Origin: Ginkgo biloba
Taxonomy: Eukaryota; Plantae; Ginkgophyta
Direction: 5' to 3'
Assembly (NCBI GenBank): GCA_024626585.2
Contig: JANKJI020000002.1
Location: forward strand, 217,287,568 to 217,311,633
DNA: 24,066 nt
In this document: piece after piece, positions 22,737 through 24,066 of the stretch
Layout of the letters: each line of letters begins with the position of its first letter
Numbering within the stretch: position 1 is the stretch's first letter
Translations under genes and position numbers: made by a program
Notes under the pieces: generated by a model
Seen by the model: only the letters and a program-made list of their open reading frames with translations
Databases searched by the model: none
What the model was told of the DNA's origin: nothing

Positions 22737-23906
22737 TTGGAACATTTTCTATGAACCTAGAATAACTTTTCATTAGGTTTAAGGTTAAAGGAATAAAGTA
22801 TTAGTTGCAAGGTTTTATGGCACTGCCTACTCAAATAATCAATTCTCATAGAATTAAAAGGTTGATTAAAAAGGTATTAAGAAGAATAATTTCTAGATGT
22901 TATGCTGTTAATGTAATGGAAACATTATAGTATGGACTCTGACATGAAAGATATGATCCAGAAATATAAGAAAGTGTTTGAATAACTACCTAAGAATCTT
23001 TCCCCTAAGAGGGAAAAGGACAATTTCATTGAGATGGTATCTAGAAGAAATCCCTCAAACATTAGGTTATATAGGTACCCCTACCACTAGAAGAGTGAAA
23101 TTAAAAGGTTGGTGAAAAATATTTTGGAGGCAGGAACCATCAAGGAGAGTGAGAGATATTTTTTAAAATTAGTGATTTTAGTACGAAAAAGGATGGACCC
23201 TCATGAATGAGTTTGGACTACCAAGAATTGACAAAAATTAAAACCAAGGATAAATTCCCAATCCTTGTTATTGATGAGTTATTGGATGAGTTAATAGGGG
23301 CCATCTTCTTCACTAGACTAGATCTCATATCTAGATACCATCAGATTTAGATTAATTTTATAAAGACTCATAAAATTATATTCAGAACATACAAAGGGAA
23401 TTATGAGTTTCTAGCCATGCCCTTTAGGCTAACCAATGCTCTGTCCACTCTCCAAAGCCTAATGAATAAGATTTTTAGGCTTTATTTAAGGAAATTTATG
23501 GTGGTATTTTTTTTAATATCTTGGTATACAATTGAAGATGGGAAGATCATATCAATCATGTGGATAAGACTCTCTAGATTCTATAAGATCATAATATTTA
23601 TGCCAAAAGGTCCAAGAGTGAATTTGGAAAGAAAGAAGCTAAATTCTTGGGTCGCATCATTTCAAGTTTCGGAGTGAAGGTGGATCCTAAGAAAGTCCAA
23701 TTCATTCTACAGTGGTCCACACATAAAAACATTCAATGAATCATACATTTCCTTGTACTTATAGGCTATTATAAGAGATTTTTCAAAGGGTATGCTCAAA
23801 TTGTGGTTCCCTTGACAAAATTACTAAAGAAGGATACGTTTTGGTGGAGTTTAGAAGCTATTAAAGCCTTTGAAGGACTAAAATTTTCTATGACTACCAC
23901 TCATGT
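22737..23906 (+). mobile_element. Degenerate Ty3/gypsy chromovirus pol (Reina-like): protease end and reverse transcriptase
   Basis: NIRLYRYPYH*KSEIKRLV; [16 protein letters not shown]; [14 protein letters not shown]; [32 protein letters not shown]; decayed VVFFDDILVY; GVKVDPKKV; LIGYYKRF; PLTKLLKKDTFWW; AFEGLKFSMTTTHV. Confidence 0.93.
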
Positions 23907-24066
23907 TGTTGGAAGGGTTTTGATATCAACAGAGAACTAGCGCAATATCTACACCAACAAAGGCAATCAAAAAATAAGATACCCATATATACAAGAGGGA
24001 ATTCTTCATACATTAGAATGGGAGGCATCCCTAAGACTTTTGGGACTGCCCATGAGTGGATACATG
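23907..24066. repeat. LTR terminus inserted into the Reina-like pol
   Basis: Pol similarity stops abruptly at TTTHV and is followed by TGTTGG, an AC-rich tract and a hairpin at 24018-24053. Confidence 0.65.

Noticed and set aside
1-24066. A novel functional multi-gene system or domesticated TE gene
   Set aside because: Every recognisable coding segment has multiple stops or frameshifts, and no host exon or RNA gene could be supported. Content hidden in Ns cannot be assessed.

Overview
AT-rich, CpG-depleted, gap-ridden plant nuclear DNA (gymnosperm-like by element types; inferred) made almost entirely of old, nested, decayed transposable elements. I find no intact protein-coding gene, RNA gene, CRISPR array or new functional system. 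Recognisable pieces: a near-complete but dead CRM-type Ty3/gypsy chromovirus with a chromodomain (1-4862, +); a second gypsy LTR/gag/protease stub (4963-6830, +); an Athila/Tat-type RNase H-integrase (7360-8850, -); a very decayed gypsy RNase H/integrase (10950-11517, -); two ~75% identical LTRs (ending 12789 and 16936) bracketing an L1-type LINE ORF2 fragment (13374-15003, +); a possible MULE remnant; several LTR fragments; and a Reina-type gypsy RT (22737-23906, +) interrupted by another LTR. The most notable details are a 196-bp array of ~21-bp repeats inserted into gag-pol between GGAAGT direct repeats, with a related array inside an LTR 14 kb away, and clear methyl-cytosine deamination footprints. 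All family calls come from manual translation and motif recognition, not from searches.
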